Shown here: positions 63,574 through 64,000 of the stretch, one piece after another
Position numbering within the stretch: position 1 is the first letter of the stretch
How the letters are laid out: every line of letters begins with the position of its first letter
Assembly: GCA_012295275.1 (NCBI GenBank)
Contig: CM022667.1
Span: 2,170,001-2,234,000 of the forward strand
DNA: 64,000 bases
Direction of reading: 5' to 3'
Source of the DNA: Chrysomallon squamiferum
Taxonomy: Eukaryota > Animalia > Mollusca
The notes under the pieces: generated by a model
Told to the model about the DNA's origin: nothing
The model's input: the letters and a program-made list of their open reading frames with translations, nothing else
Databases searched by the model: none
Position numbers and translations under genes: made by a program

Positions 63574-64000
63574 AAGATTAATGTATATTAACTGAATGAA
63601 AATGTGAACAAATCTGATGACAGAAAAGATGTTAAGAGGTCCTTCAGGGTCTAGTTAAAGACAGATCAGTCTTCACAATCCTGGTAATAACTGGGTCAGC
63701 TGTTATCTTTTTAGCTTTATTTCATGTACCAAAATATAATAAATGCAAATGTTATTTTAACAATATCAGTGATATTGTTTTTCGAAGATATTTTAATTCT
63801 AATCCAAAAGTAATGTATGGAAAATACACCTGAATTACTTCCTGAGAAAATATTAAAATGGTAGCCTTTTGAAAGATTATTTCAGCAGCCTCATAGAAAA
63901 AACTAATGTGATTCCTGTTTTGTTTTTAAACGTGTTATAGAAACGTTGATTTTCTATTATTATAAGGAAAACAATAGTTTATGTTGGTTTTGTTTATCTG

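Larger units (their letters stand above)
28248..64000 (+). other. Probable very large DDX1 intron 20 (>35.7 kb, continues past the window)
   Basis: Strong donor at 28248; I found no exon encoding the expected next segment (E..SEAVKILKGEY-like) or the RecA2 motifs by eye; CpG depletion continues. Confidence 0.7.

Overview
Very AT-rich, microsatellite-rich eukaryotic (invertebrate animal) genomic DNA; a mollusc/lophotrochozoan origin is an inference only. The long ORFs in the track are mostly low-complexity artefacts; the real genes are spliced and were assembled by hand. (1) + strand: the first 20 coding exons of DDX1 (ATP-dependent RNA helicase with SPRY insertion), from ATG 4596 to 28247. 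They give 1441 nt (480 codons + 1 nt), all introns are GT-AG, the frame is intact, and motif II reads DECD. No further DDX1 exon was found before 64000, which implies an intron of >35.7 kb. (2) - strand, head-to-head with DDX1 and running off the left edge: a small secreted cysteine-knot gene. It has a TATA box, a non-coding exon 1, a signal-peptide exon, then phase-0 exons that each appear to encode one Arg-rich ICK/conotoxin-framework-VI/VII-like domain (CVRQGQWCQTLGQRRCCGTLRCQQNRC..., then CIRRGNRCNR...). This candidate multi-knot toxin or antimicrobial peptide is the most interesting element. The rest is intronic: microsatellites, degenerate minisatellites, CpG-retaining patches in a CpG-depleted gene body, and one three-way-junction inverted repeat.
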